Shown here: piece after piece, positions 25,098 through 37,033 of the stretch
How the letters are laid out: every line of letters begins with the position of its first letter
Numbering within the stretch: position 1 is the stretch's first letter
NCBI GenBank assembly: GCA_030704615.1
Contig: CM060733.1
Coordinates: forward strand, 38,750,001 to 38,814,000
Direction of reading: 5' to 3'
Origin: Takakia lepidozioides
Taxonomy: Eukaryota > Plantae > Bryophyta
DNA length: 64,000 nucleotides
The notes under the pieces: model-generated
Database searches by the model: none
Told to the model about the DNA's origin: nothing
What the model saw: the letters and a program-made list of their open reading frames with translations, nothing else
Program-made: the position numbers and the translations under genes

Positions 25098-25297
25098 TCC
25101 ATGAGCCTGGGCTCCAAGTCATGAGCGTACACTGGTACTCATGAGCGGAGTGCTTCCAGCATGAGCGCGGAAATCTTCGATTTTTGATTATTTTATAGTT
25201 TTTGGCCCGAAAAAAATCTGCCGAAATTCAAAGTGTGTTACTTTGCGGCTCATGGGTTAGCCATGCCCGCTCATGAGCTCATGGAATAGCAACCCCC
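25098..25297 (-). repeat. Right terminal region/TIR with CATGAGC repeats
   Basis: catgagc at ~25100, 25120, 25140 and 25160 (20-bp spacing); terminal gcccgctcatgagctcatggaatagcaaccccc. Confidence 0.88.
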
Positions 25298-25306
25298 CAA
25301 TAACGA

Positions 25307-28306
25307 CCACATGATGTGGCACCCACATGCTAATATCAACTTATTGGCACCCATTTCTATTGAAATGTGGGTCAAATGGGGCAACATAACTCCTGCTGAA
25401 CGCAGTAGATGTGCACAGGATGCTAAGGAGGGTTTTCAGAGAATAAAAAATGAACCTATTGCTGTGGCATGGCCACTAAGGACCTTCTACTACAAGCTCT
25501 GTGACAAAGGTGAGAACCTTACCTTGAGGACCAAAAATGACTTGCCGACTGGTTCGGCCAGATCCAAAAATCACAAGAGTCGACTCTTCAACTGGCATCG
25601 TCCCTACATAAGATGTAACTGTGGACAAGGAGGGGCACCCTCTTCTTGCATTGGGAGTGCTGCTTGGTTTGACCATATGGTATGGTATATGCTGAACAAT
25701 CTGATTGTGTTCTTCCCTTATGATGCCTATCCTTCGGTGCAAACCAAGTATTAAAGCTTTCTGGTGTGGATCATGCGGGCTGCCAGATCTGCTGTACTGG
25801 CACAAATTACCTTCCAGATGACCCGGGGCTTCATAATGGAAGCAGCTTGTGAATTCTCAATTGACCCCCAAGCCAAGTTGCTTGCGAAGTTAGGAGAATC
25901 CAAGGGGGCCAGATACATTGAGAAACTTGTGAAACCTGGGTCTTTTTCAGACAGCCTTCCCAGGCCACAATTCAATAGCTACAAACGGCAGCGTATGGAG
26001 GGGCAGACGCCTCCTCAACAAGGCAAGAACAATGCCACTCGAGGCAGAGGCACCCCTGGTCATGGAAGAGGTCTCTACCAAAGAGGAGGACGCTCTGGCA
26101 GGGGACAATACTCTACCAACACCTCTGAGAATTCAAGAGCAACGAATCGGTCATCACTTGGGGGTTCGGGTGCTAATTCCAATACCACCATCAACATCGC
26201 CAGCCAGGAGTCATACAAGACTCGTCGTATCACTGACGCAAACGAGATTTTGGATCATGGACAGATCTGTAAAAATCTCATTTTTGGTATGTTCCTCTAC
26301 TTTGTATGTGCAGAATGACTTGGCTATTCTCATCGATGAGATAGTTTTTGGATGGACATATCATAAACAAAACAGCTCTGAATACTATCAGCCTGCTGCT
26401 GTTTTCCGTGATTTTTGCTTTATGCAAGACCTGATTCACTCACCAGATTGTCTATGTGACAATGCCAAGAGGTTTCATGATTATCGGGATGTGGATACAA
26501 AAACAGAATTCCATCTATCTGGTTCTACACCTACGCAACACGTACGTACCCTGGACCTGAATATTATTAGACACGCAAGGCTGAAAGAACTATTCAGCCT
26601 AGGTATGAATCACATCCCTCTCAAACGTACTTTGCTGAAAGACGTTGTTGAACAAGTGTCTTTGGCTTTCCATAGAACCTGTGAAATTTTACATGTAGAC
26701 CCATGTGAATCTTGGGCCGCAACCTGCAGCCAATGGGTAAAAAACACATGCTGGGATAGACTGAAACAAAAAGCCGGCAGAAGAAGGTACGACTTCACTC
26801 ACCATGAGCGCAATCCTCTTACTGTAAAAGAGGCAAAAGATGAACTTTCATGGCTTCTCAATCACCTGTATTTTTCTGGTCTTACAAGGCTAACAACAAC
26901 GTATGTTTTATGTGTGTGAAGCACATAAGAACTCAAGCCTTCAACAGATTGATGGGTAAAGACTTTACACCATGCAAGCAAGCTGAGGTATGGCTGCCAC
27001 CTGACCTTGTTCTAGGAAACATTTCCGTGGAAATACAGAGTCTGATTCCGGAGATACCTGCTCCCTCCTGTAGACTACCTTACATTATGGGAATCTACAA
27101 GCTACATAAGAAAAAATACAAATGGATTACCAATGCCCATAAATGTGTTTTCAGTGAACTAGCTAGCCTTCTTACAAGGGCTACCATGGATCTTCTACCA
27201 TTGGTAAAAGAATGGGCCAAGACAAGGCTGGATACTTATGAGCAATTTTTCAAAGTATCTACTGCTATGTATTGGATTATCAATTCCATCACTGATTTTA
27301 CACTAAACCTACCTGCAAAAGTCCATAACATCTTTGTTGCTGACATTACACAATGCTATGAGAACATACCTTTGACAGGACAGGATAACTTAGGGGACGC
27401 CATTGAATACGTGGTGAAGATTGCATTCCAGCAACACCATCGGTCTCGCCCCCGAGCACGTCATACTCTATGGATTCCAGCCAAAAACGGTACTTTCGGA
27501 AAAAGTAGGTGGGGCACGTCTTCCCCAAAATCAGGTACCTGGATTGAGCTTTCTGAAGTCAAGCTACTTATGCTCCACAAATGGCTTATGTCACACTGTT
27601 TTGTTGCCTTAGGGGACCGTGTGTGGCAGCAGATTTTTGGAATACCTATGGGTTTTTCATGCTCACCATTATGGTGCAACATGTACTTCCTTTCTTATGA
27701 AATCAAATTCATCTTAAGGCTTGCAGCTTTAGGACAATTCTAGCTTATGCCTATGTTTAAATCTGCCTTCAGATACATTGATGATATATGCTGGTTGAAT
27801 GTGGATGATGCAATGCTATTCCTGGACCCAAGGGCAGACAGAAGCAACAACAACCCTTGGTGGATCTACCCACTCAATGTAATGGAGATCAAACTTGAGC
27901 TACTACGCACTAAAACCGATTCCCAATACGTGGGGTTGGAAGCTTGTTTCATGAATATCCAGATTACAGTCTCAAACAGTGACACAGGTGAGTTCCATTT
28001 CCAGAAATATGACAAGAGAAGACTACTCCCTTTCTCTTACACTCAATATATCCAGTTCTTATCCAATAGGCCTGTGAATCAATCTTATAACATTGTGATT
28101 TCACAAGCTGTGCCTATTCTATACATTTCCAGCAATGCTGATTTGGCTGGGAAGGATGGTAGCATTCTGATTAACACTCTGGGGAGGAATGGTTTCAAGA
28201 CCATAAAACTTGCTTGTATCTTGACAAAATTCCTTGAACGTGGTTCATTCCCTGGCCTGTTCTTCCCTGTACAAGAGCTTATTGAGAAACTGAAAGGTAC
28301 TTTCTA
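25307..28306 (+). pseudogene. Penelope-like retroelement ORF(s) including reverse transcriptase (stops and frameshifts)
   Basis: CLC..HVRTLDLNII..LKELFSLG (pre-RT region); IFVADITQCYENIP; GIPMGFSCSP; FRYIDD; KYDKRR..F..SNRP..SY..SQ (thumb typical of Naiad/Chlamys PLEs). Stops at ~25752 and 27741, frameshift at ~26885. Confidence 0.85.
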
Positions 28307-31019
28307 AGAACTTATACAGAGCTAAGTTATACCATTGAACTCTCCGTTTTTTTCTAGTGATACTATACTAGTTTTACTATGATACATTTTATGCCAACGT
28401 TTCATTCTTGATCCGAGGAAGTGAGGATGTAGGATTCTACTCCTTTGGATAATATAATCTGAGGATAGAACTACATGGAAGAGGGAAAACCTTATGAGAA
28501 GAGGTCTTGTATGCACTCCCTTACGGGGTGAGTGCATACCACACTCACTCCGTAAGGTTCTGCCATGCTAGGGGATTGGCTGGTGGGTCCCTCTCTCTCC
28601 CTCTCTCCCTCTCCCTCTATAACTCTTTGGATTTCATCTGGCCTTAACCTTTTGAGGTTATTTAGTTTTTCATCCAAATCTGGACGATATTATTATAGGA
28701 TGATGAAACTTAATGTACAGAAAGCTTGGTTTACCATCTATTTCTTTCATCTAAACTGGATGAACTACATGAATAATGGTTACCTATTTTAAAATCCAAG
28801 AGAATAATAAAACTACCATCATAAATGATGGCAGTTATTAAACCTAAGCCTATACCATAACCCTAAAAGATACATTTTTATTGGATGTCATCCATTGACA
28901 AAGTGCTTCTCTTGATAAAATGTGATTTTTCATCCACCCTGGATGAGAAATCGGGAAGTTGTGCCCTAAGCAGGCCGACACATTTCACAGCACTAAACTC
29001 GTGCTTCAGTGAACCTTGATGATGCGCCGTATAAACCTGCTCCCCTGCTGCTACATGGTACTCGTGATGGCTGGCTCTTGGGATGCGCACTGGTGGTTAG
29101 GTAGATTCCTCTCTGGCAAACGACAAAGCAGTGATCGCTTTGCTCAGAAACTCATGGTTCTTTATTTTGCAGTGGCGCTTTTACTCCTCGTTGGGAAGTA
29201 CTCTATCCCTATTTATCTACAGATTACATGTTGCTCTCTTTTTGTATGAGCCATTCTCTATCTGTGAATGCTTCTACTTTGATTGCGTCCTGTTGGAGAC
29301 GATCTGTTGGACGCCATGGCGCAGGGCATACCACAAACACTCAAGGTTTTTTGAGTTTACCCTTGCTTGAATTGTGATCTGTACATGCTTTAGAATTCAA
29401 CACTGACATGGATAGCAACTGTGAAGACCTGCCACTCACCTGCTGCATCCTCACTAACACACATCGCTATGTGGTGGTTTTTGGGACGGGCACAGGTGAG
29501 GGTCTTCACTTGTCTTGATTTCTTGAAGCTTACAGTTCCTGTTCTTGCAAATGTGGATTCTGCTGCTGCCTAAGCTGCTGATGCCATTTGCTGTTTCAAA
29601 CTGCCACCGTGCCGCTTCAGACCTGCTCCAAGATGGCTCCAATGAGGATCTGCTTCTCTCCTTACCCCTGTTTCTGGTTTTTTACAACCACATTTGCATG
29701 TGTAGGAGTTAAGCGATGAAGGGTACAAGGGTACAAAATAGCAGTTATTACTCTGACTGCTTTGATACTTGGCTCTGAAATGAAACTTCTTGGTATGACT
29801 CTGATGGATCAAAAGGATAGGCTTTGATAGATAACACACATTCTTCAAGGCTTTCATATCATTTTGGTTTCATGGCTTGATAACAAACAGGGGTTTCTGA
29901 GCTGCTCTTTCACCTTGGCAAAGCTATTTTATGAGGCCTTAAAATACCATTCCAGGCCTATACCTACTTAAGGGGGCTCAACCCTGTTGTTTCTTCTTCC
30001 TTTTTAAGAATCTTGCTTGTATCTTGGTTCTAAAACATCAACTTCAAACCAAACCTGCAATCTGGTTTTTGAAATGAGTTTGAAATAAATTTTTGAGATG
30101 ATGGTGCAAACTATGGTGCTTTCATGATATGACTGACCTGGAATCCCACCCTCCCACCCTGTTTTTTCATAGACCCTGAAATGTAATGGGGTATTCAAAT
30201 GAGATTGTAAACATGAAAGGGAATGTTAGATGGTGCCCTGTAAAGGGCTGTTTTGTCTTTCAATGACAATGACCTTAGCGGTCTTGTCCATGTCTTGACA
30301 TGACATGTATATCTTCCCTCTCAAACAGGGTAAGCCCTGGGAGAAGAGAGTAGAAGAGATTCTCAAGGATCTGAATCTGGACCCGCAAGTCTTGACCTTG
30401 CTAGATAAACCTGACTTAGAGAGTGTAGTGTCCAAAGCCATGTCTGTTACCAGAAAATTGTCCGATGAAATTGAAGTTAGGAAGAAAACTTCCCTGAACC
30501 TGTTTCCAGTCTGTGACATGGGGGAGGACATCATGGATGCGCTCAAGGGTCTATCCCACTCTTGGCACCAGACTGAAATTTAAACTCAGGGCAGGAAGAC
30601 TACCTTTGAACAGTAAACAAAAGCAGAGAGGAAAGGGAGAGTGCAATTTCCCTAACGTACCTCTGCTGTTGCGGCTGCTGCTGCTGTTGCTGCTGGTGCT
30701 TCAAGTGAGCTGGCGCGGCGAGCTGCTGCGGTGCTGTCGCGGTTGCCAACGGCGCGGGTCCCCGCCGATGCAGGGCGTCTCTCCCCGCAGGGATGCCTCG
30801 GCGTGAGCCTGATCACGTGAGCGCAACTGCGCTCACGCCACGCCACCTTACGCCAATGCCACATCACGGGGCTCACTCCACGTCATCACACTTGAAGGCC
30901 GCGTCACCACGCGCCCAGGAAGAAGTGGAGTGTATTCCCGCGGATTGGCACCCTTTACCGCGGAAACAAGCTGGACGACATAATAAAAGGCAGTGGTCAT
31001 TCCCACCTGAAAGCAACAG

Positions 31020-31320
31020 ATGAATAAAGGATGGATGAATGTACAGTTGGATGATAAACAGATGGATGAGTGTGAAAAATGAATGTAGATAGACGAATGA
31101 GGGATGGATAAGAGTCAAATGGATGAATGTATAATGGATGTTGAACAATGGAAAACATTCATGACAGGAAGATGCATGACTTAAACTTTAGACGAATGCA
31201 CAACGTATATGACATGAGTGTGGTAGGTTTGTGGGGTGGATTAAAGAGTACAGAGGATGAATGTACAATGGATGTTGAACAAAGGAAAACATTCATGAAT
31301 GGAGCACGCATGAATACACT
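31020..31320. repeat. Degenerate GGATGAATGT-rich repeat (43-bp block duplicated at ~31121 and ~31255)
   Basis: ggatgaatgta.aatggatgttgaacaa.ggaaaacattcatga occurs twice, plus several gatgaat units. Confidence 0.65.
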
Positions 31321-31812
31321 GTAGATGAAAACACAATGGATATGACAAGAGTGAGGGAGGTTTGTGAGATGGATTCATACATATTGCAATTTAAATGGTA
31401 GTTGATTCTTTGATTATTTTTCTTTCCAAAGGAACAACTACGGTAGGAAGGGGATTCAACGTTTTCCAAAGAGGATGAAACAAAAGTCTGACTCAGAGTC
31501 AGTACAATGTATCCCCGCTTCCTCTGCATCTAAGTCTAAGTATTTAAGAACTCCGGATCTACGCTGGCTACACCTACGGCCGGGAAGTAAAAAGTCAGGG
31601 GATAGGGACTCGGCCGCGTGAAGTGCCATTGCTTCGGCATAATCAGGAAGCAGAAAATTGGAAAGGGGGCTGTCGAAAACAGACTCGCCACAAATGACTG
31701 TATCTCCTGAAGATCCACCGATGCCTTTCCTGAAAGATAGCCTGAAAAAGTTATTACTGTAACTTTGATGTTATTGAGAAATTGAGTATGGCTCCCAAAG
31801 TGGGTTTAGCAC

Positions 31813-34800
31813 TTACTCACATGAAAAGTCGTTGTCGACCTGCTTATCTTCGGGATCGTCATCATTTTGAATTTGTATCCGATCAGTCTGTGTGCCTGAA
31901 GTGGAGCCAGACAAAAGGGGGAGGAGCACTGTGTTGTAGAGGTCAAAATCACCCTCCATGCCAAAAAAGCTTCTTCCGCCTGCCTTGCATGCATGGTAAG
32001 TTGCTCCTACACCAGACAGGAGGACATGAACAGTTTGGTTGGGGGAATTTAAGCAGATGGAACTGGTGAAGAAAATCAATTCGGAAGGGAGAGAACGAAC
32101 CTGTGGACACGGAAAGATCGACCACCCGTGCAGAGTGGTGGCTGCATTACTCCAGCAGTATTTGCATGAACGCTGGGGATTTTTCCTTTGCACCTCTCCA
32201 GGGAGTGCCATCTGGTCTCTTTAGAGTCTGACTGGACTGCATGAAGTTGTTCAAAATGTCATCGACATGAGGCTCATAGGGGGGGGTGACGAAACAACCC
32301 TGGTCAGAAATCTCAAAGCTGCGGATGGAGGATGGTGTCTTTGAGGTGCGAATCCTCCGCAGGCAGATCGCCTCAAACATCTTTGTCTGCCAAAGATAGC
32401 AGGTTAGTGTGGTAAATACAATCTATAGTGGAAGTGTGTACATCGGCTATTCAAAACTCAGGTATAAAACAGTCATTTTTATCACGAATCGGTGATGATC
32501 GGTGTCGATCATGACAGATTCTTTTAGAGTGGAGCTGCAGAGAACATTGAAACTCATCGTGAAAGCACAAGCAGAAGGGAGACGGCATACCAGCTGACCA
32601 GGGAAACCCCCTTTCACAAGGTAGAGGCTGTTCACACAATTCCATGTGTGCAAAACTTCAAACCTTGAAGACTTCAAGTACGATGCCAATGCCCGATGAC
32701 TATCTTTGTCACATGACTGAAAAAGCAGAAGTGTCCCTGCATCAGAGAGGAAATTATTACAGAACCCGAACACCCAACTCCAGTAGTTGTCCTCGAATTT
32801 GTTCCAGCCTGACGTCTTGCCCTTTGGAAGAACTTCTGGCACAGCCTGGCCATCCGGGATGTCGAGAATGACAATGTCAGCCGCATATGTTTTCTGCACA
32901 CCGCACACGAAGGTGGGACCAGTGCTCACCTGCAACAGACATGTTTATTTTAAGAACGATGGCAAGAATGTTTTCAAAGAACCAGACTGAAATACTGCCA
33001 ATGAAACTTTCAGAGAAAAAGGAAAGAAACTGGAATTCTCACCAGATTGAGGAATGAGATTATGTTGTCCCAAGTAGGTGAAGGCACCCCAATGTATCCT
33101 CTCTTTCAACTCTGCATCATCGCCAGCCAACCCTCATTGACAATTTTAATCTCTCCTGCCGAATCAGAATGGGAAGGGTGTGGCTTGGCATCGAACGCGC
33201 ACTGAACTGTGTGGGTATATCTTCCAGCAGTGAAGTCCTGCCCACTCTCCTTTTCCTTCTCCATCTCCTTTTCTTTCTCCTTCCCCTTGTCCTTTTCCTT
33301 CTCTTTCTCTTTGGACTTGTCTTTGTCCTTTGGCTTTGCTGGTGAGATGGCTATGACATCAGGAGCCTTGTCTTTTGGTTTGCGGCCCGCCTTCTTTCCC
33401 TTCTGCGGCGTTCCCTGAGCATCAGGCTCCTTGGCAGCCAATGTTGCTATGTTTCTTTGGTACTGCTCGTCAGTCAGAGGCGCCAGCATCTCAGCATTAT
33501 TGTTCAAATATTTCATGTGTTGTTCTTGAAAGGTCGTGTGCTCCGGTGGGCAGTCAAGGTACCAGCCACAGTCTCTGAAGTGAGAAGGACTCCAGTCCTT
33601 CAATATCCCTGCAGTATACATGGTTGGATCATTTGCTAGGTCCGACCACATGTCAAGATAGTCTGGAATACCGCTCAGGTGATTTCCTTCCATAAGCACA
33701 TATTTCGTGTACCTGTTAAACAGGAGATAAATCCCAACCCACCAAAGCGCGAAGTGAGTAAGATGCAAGTAGCACAGAATGAAAAAAACAAGGAATGAAA
33801 TGGCTCTGAGAACTGCTTCAAGGAGCTCTCAGGACCACGCGACAGCTCTGGCTGTGAATGCCGTCAACGCCATTCAAAAAATTCCATTCAATGATACTGC
33901 AAATACACCCTAATCCACGTGATTGCAAACTCTCGCTTTGGAATGACACAGACATAGAAGTGAATGTCGTCAACGTCATTCACTTTGGATTTGTGAATAT
34001 ACTGCTAATCAAGCCTAATGATTTCTCAAAAGAGGCAAAATCATTGGATGGAAACTAAATGTCGGCAACGACATTCAGAAACTCGAGTAAGGAACCCTCC
34101 CTAAAAACTCAATGGACATTCAAAACGTACATAACACTGAGGACCTCATAATAACACTGGATGTGAATGGTGTCAACGCCATTCACAAAATTCCGAACAA
34201 GGAACCAATAAATACACCCTAAGCTCCTAATCCATGTAAATTCAAATTGTCGCTGGTGAATGACACAGACATAGAAGTGAATGTCGTCAACGACATTCAC
34301 TTTGGATCTCTGATAACACAGCTAATCAAGCCTCAAGATTTCTCGCAAGAGGCAAAAGCATTGCAGAACAACTGAATGTCTGCATTGACATTCAGCAAAC
34401 TGGAGTGAGGAACCCTCACTGTAAACTCTATGGACATTACAAAAATTTACATATCTCTGAGGACCTCTTAACAACTCTGGATGTGAATGTCGCCATTCAG
34501 GGACATTATCAATTCTAATCAGGGACACTATAAATACACCCTAAGCTCCTAATCCAGGTGAATTCAAATTCTCGCTTAAGAATGACTTAGACAAAGAAGT
34601 GAATGTCGTCAACGACATTCAATTTGGATCTATGATTACAATCCTTATGAAGCCTAATTATTTCCCAAAAAGTGCAGTAGAGTTTCCAGTATGATATTGC
34701 ACCTGTACACAACTCGCATCATGGCCCACTCTCCTCCAACCTGACTGTCAAAGTCGTTGGACCGTAAAATGTTACCATCTTTGGAGAACTCCTAGAAAAA

Positions 34801-36477
34801 ACAGTATCTCCAGGTGAGACCTCTCCACTTCCTTATGTATGCCTCCAATGACATTTGGGGAGGGGAAACAATCGAAATGTTCAAGTCCTTCAAAGTCTGA
34901 TCCAGCACAATGACGGCGCGCTTTTCGAGCTGCAAATTGTATATTTGTCAGTATTGCAAATAAGATATTCATCACATAATTGAAGAAAAAAAAACGGCTT
35001 ATTTGAATACACACCTGACTCCAAAATGTAGCCTTGTAGAGCCAGTTATCAAACACCAAATCACTGATTCCTTCCACCTTTGTGTCAGGCTGTATGGTGC
35101 TCTTTGGGAACTGATTCAAGTCATTTACTGTATGATCTGAGTTCCATATCTCCAGCCACCTTATTTTTGTTTGTGGGTCGACCATGGATATGGCCAGCCG
35201 GTGCAATTTCTCCTGCTGCATCTCCGGATGCACATGCTTGTCATAGTGAGATTTGATTTGCTGAAGGAACTCAGAACCAAGTCCAGGATCTACTATTCTA
35301 AGCTGCTTTCCGAAGGCGGACATCAATTTGGTTCTTTGCATTTCAGACTCCTTCTTTATTGCTGCTTCCACACCCTTTGATGTCCTTAGTTCCTCTGGTG
35401 TAGTGCGGTAATATTCGGATTTTCCCTTCTCGACTGCCTCTGCCAGTTCTTGCTGCATTGATTCAAATAGTGATTAGCACCGAAGGAACTACAAACATGT
35501 ATTCGAAAAGTAAACTGAGTACAGACTCGGGCTTACCGCATACATGTACTCCAGAAACGCCTCTCGAGTCAAAGAATACCAAGTGCCTGCAGCTCTTCCT
35601 GTTTCGCACTTCTTGATTATATCGGGGTGGAGTACTGTCCGAAAATCATCCAGCTTCATCAGACCAATCCTCTGAATTCAGAATAGTGTGTGGACCAAGC
35701 TTGTTGTCACATGCGATTTCTCTGTCGATCTGCAAAAACATTGGAAACATTGCATTCATTAACAGAGTTTTTTTGGGATTAACAAGACACTACAGAGGGA
35801 ATGAAGTCTCTAGGATGACTTACTTGTTCACATCGTGCATAGCTGTAAGAAGCCTAGCGATGTCATTTCCAGGATCCAAAACCATTGCCTCCACAGCAAC
35901 ATGCTTGTCTTTGTCTTTCACATGATGTTTCTGAATGTATCCCATCCATGCCAGCAATTGGTGGTTGCCGTCCCAGACGTAGAACATGTGGTTGCAGAAT
36001 TGCTGGGTGTTCTTTCCCATCATGAGGCCCAGCTTGAACTCCTCATTAGCATCTTTCCAGCACTCATCCCAGGTATCACTGATCTCTGGAGACACTAATG
36101 TGCTTTTCACATTTGTATCCGTCAGTGACACATAAAAAACTTGTGCACCAAGTCTGTATCCATGCACGAAATCACTCTCCAATTTTGTTATGTCATGGGA
36201 AAGAGGTGGACGCACAACAGGCATAGATATCATCCGGCATAGAGAGATGTCCAGACGCCCTCCAGATACGAGCATGTCCCTTATAACCTCCTGAGAGTTT
36301 ACCTTCTAGAATGACATGAGTTCTTTCACCTTGTCAAGGTAGTGCACTTCAGATTCATCTGCTTCATCGCTATTCTCTGAACTTTTTCCAGACTCGTCCC
36401 CATCTCTAGATCATTTCCCCTCTGATCCTGTAGGCTTGGACCTCACAGTTTTCTGCACGATGCCATTCAAATCTGAC
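31813..36477 (-). pseudogene. ParB-MTase gene copy 4 (divergent subfamily, decayed)
   Basis: ISLCRMISMPVVRP, FYVWDGNHQ, IVDPGLGSEFL, RWLEIWN, RVVYR|YTKY, GWYLDCP, ADIVILDIPDG, KSPAFMQILLE, VVDLSVSTG|ATYHACKAGGRSFFGMEGD. Contains stops and frameshifts. Confidence 0.85.
33850..34660. repeat. Intronic ~310-bp tandem repeat (~2.6 units) holding 8 copies of palindrome GAATGTCGTCAACGACATTC
   Basis: Palindromes at 33856, 33962, 34057, 34165, 34279, 34374, 34485 and 34601; best copy aagtgaatgtcg-tcaa-cgacattcactt. Confidence 0.88.
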
Positions 36478-37033
36478 TGAGTAATGTGCAAATAGTGAAC
36501 GGCGGCAACGACCATCACTCTGTCTCGTCTCAAATCACAATGAATGGTGTGAAACAAATTCAGAACCATCTACACAAGCAAAGCTGATCCTACCGAATTC
36601 AAAACAAAACACTATGATTCTAGGGACACAAGAACAGAAAGGTTTTGAGCAAGAGCGAACGGCGTTAACGACAATCACAAAAGAGTGGGACCTGCCGGAT
36701 CGGTGTTGTGCAATGACATATATGTGTAAGTGATTGGGGACAAGGACACTCAGTATAGTTTAGGGCGGACAGTAAGTGCAAATTATTCAGATTGACTCCA
36801 TTGTGATGAACGTTGCAAGCATTCACTGTTTCTTGTCTATGTCGATAGTACTTTCCAATCGATACTCTACCTGAATCTACAGTATGGTCTTCAAATCTTT
36901 GATTGGCGGTACCGCCTTTCCACTTCTCTATCTGTTCAACCTCAAACAAAGAAAATGCATTGCAAAACAATATGACTGAATATGCCGACCCTCACTCTCT
37001 CTTCAAACACACATAAATCTCATGAGGAGAATC

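Larger units (their letters stand above)
11688..25297. mobile_element. Complete Mutator-like (MULE) element 3, 13,610 bp, carrying transposase, ParB-MTase gene and a possible third ORF
   Basis: 9-bp TSD CAATAACGA at 11679-11687 and 25298-25306. Imperfect TIRs gaggtttactatttcatgagc / gctcatggaatagcaaccccc with CATGAGC repeats. MULE DDE transposase inside. Confidence 0.93.
10758..30322 (+). mobile_element. Penelope-like retroelement (Naiad/Chlamys-like), split by Mutator-like element 3; boundaries approximate
   Basis: RT motifs at 26850-28307. An 81-bp direct repeat (10758-10838 / 30121-30201) and a 100-bp inverted repeat (11054-11153 / 30223-30322) bracket the coding region. Confidence 0.6.

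Noticed and set aside
28930-29160. Hammerhead ribozyme expected in a Penelope pseudo-LTR (ttgatga...gaaac)
   Set aside because: Could not assemble the CUGANGA/GAAA core with supporting stems by eye; needs an Infernal search.
192-36477. Bacterial or phage contamination as the source of the ParB-MTase genes
   Set aside because: Genes have conserved spliceosomal introns and lie within TIR/TSD-bounded elements nested in eukaryotic retroelements.
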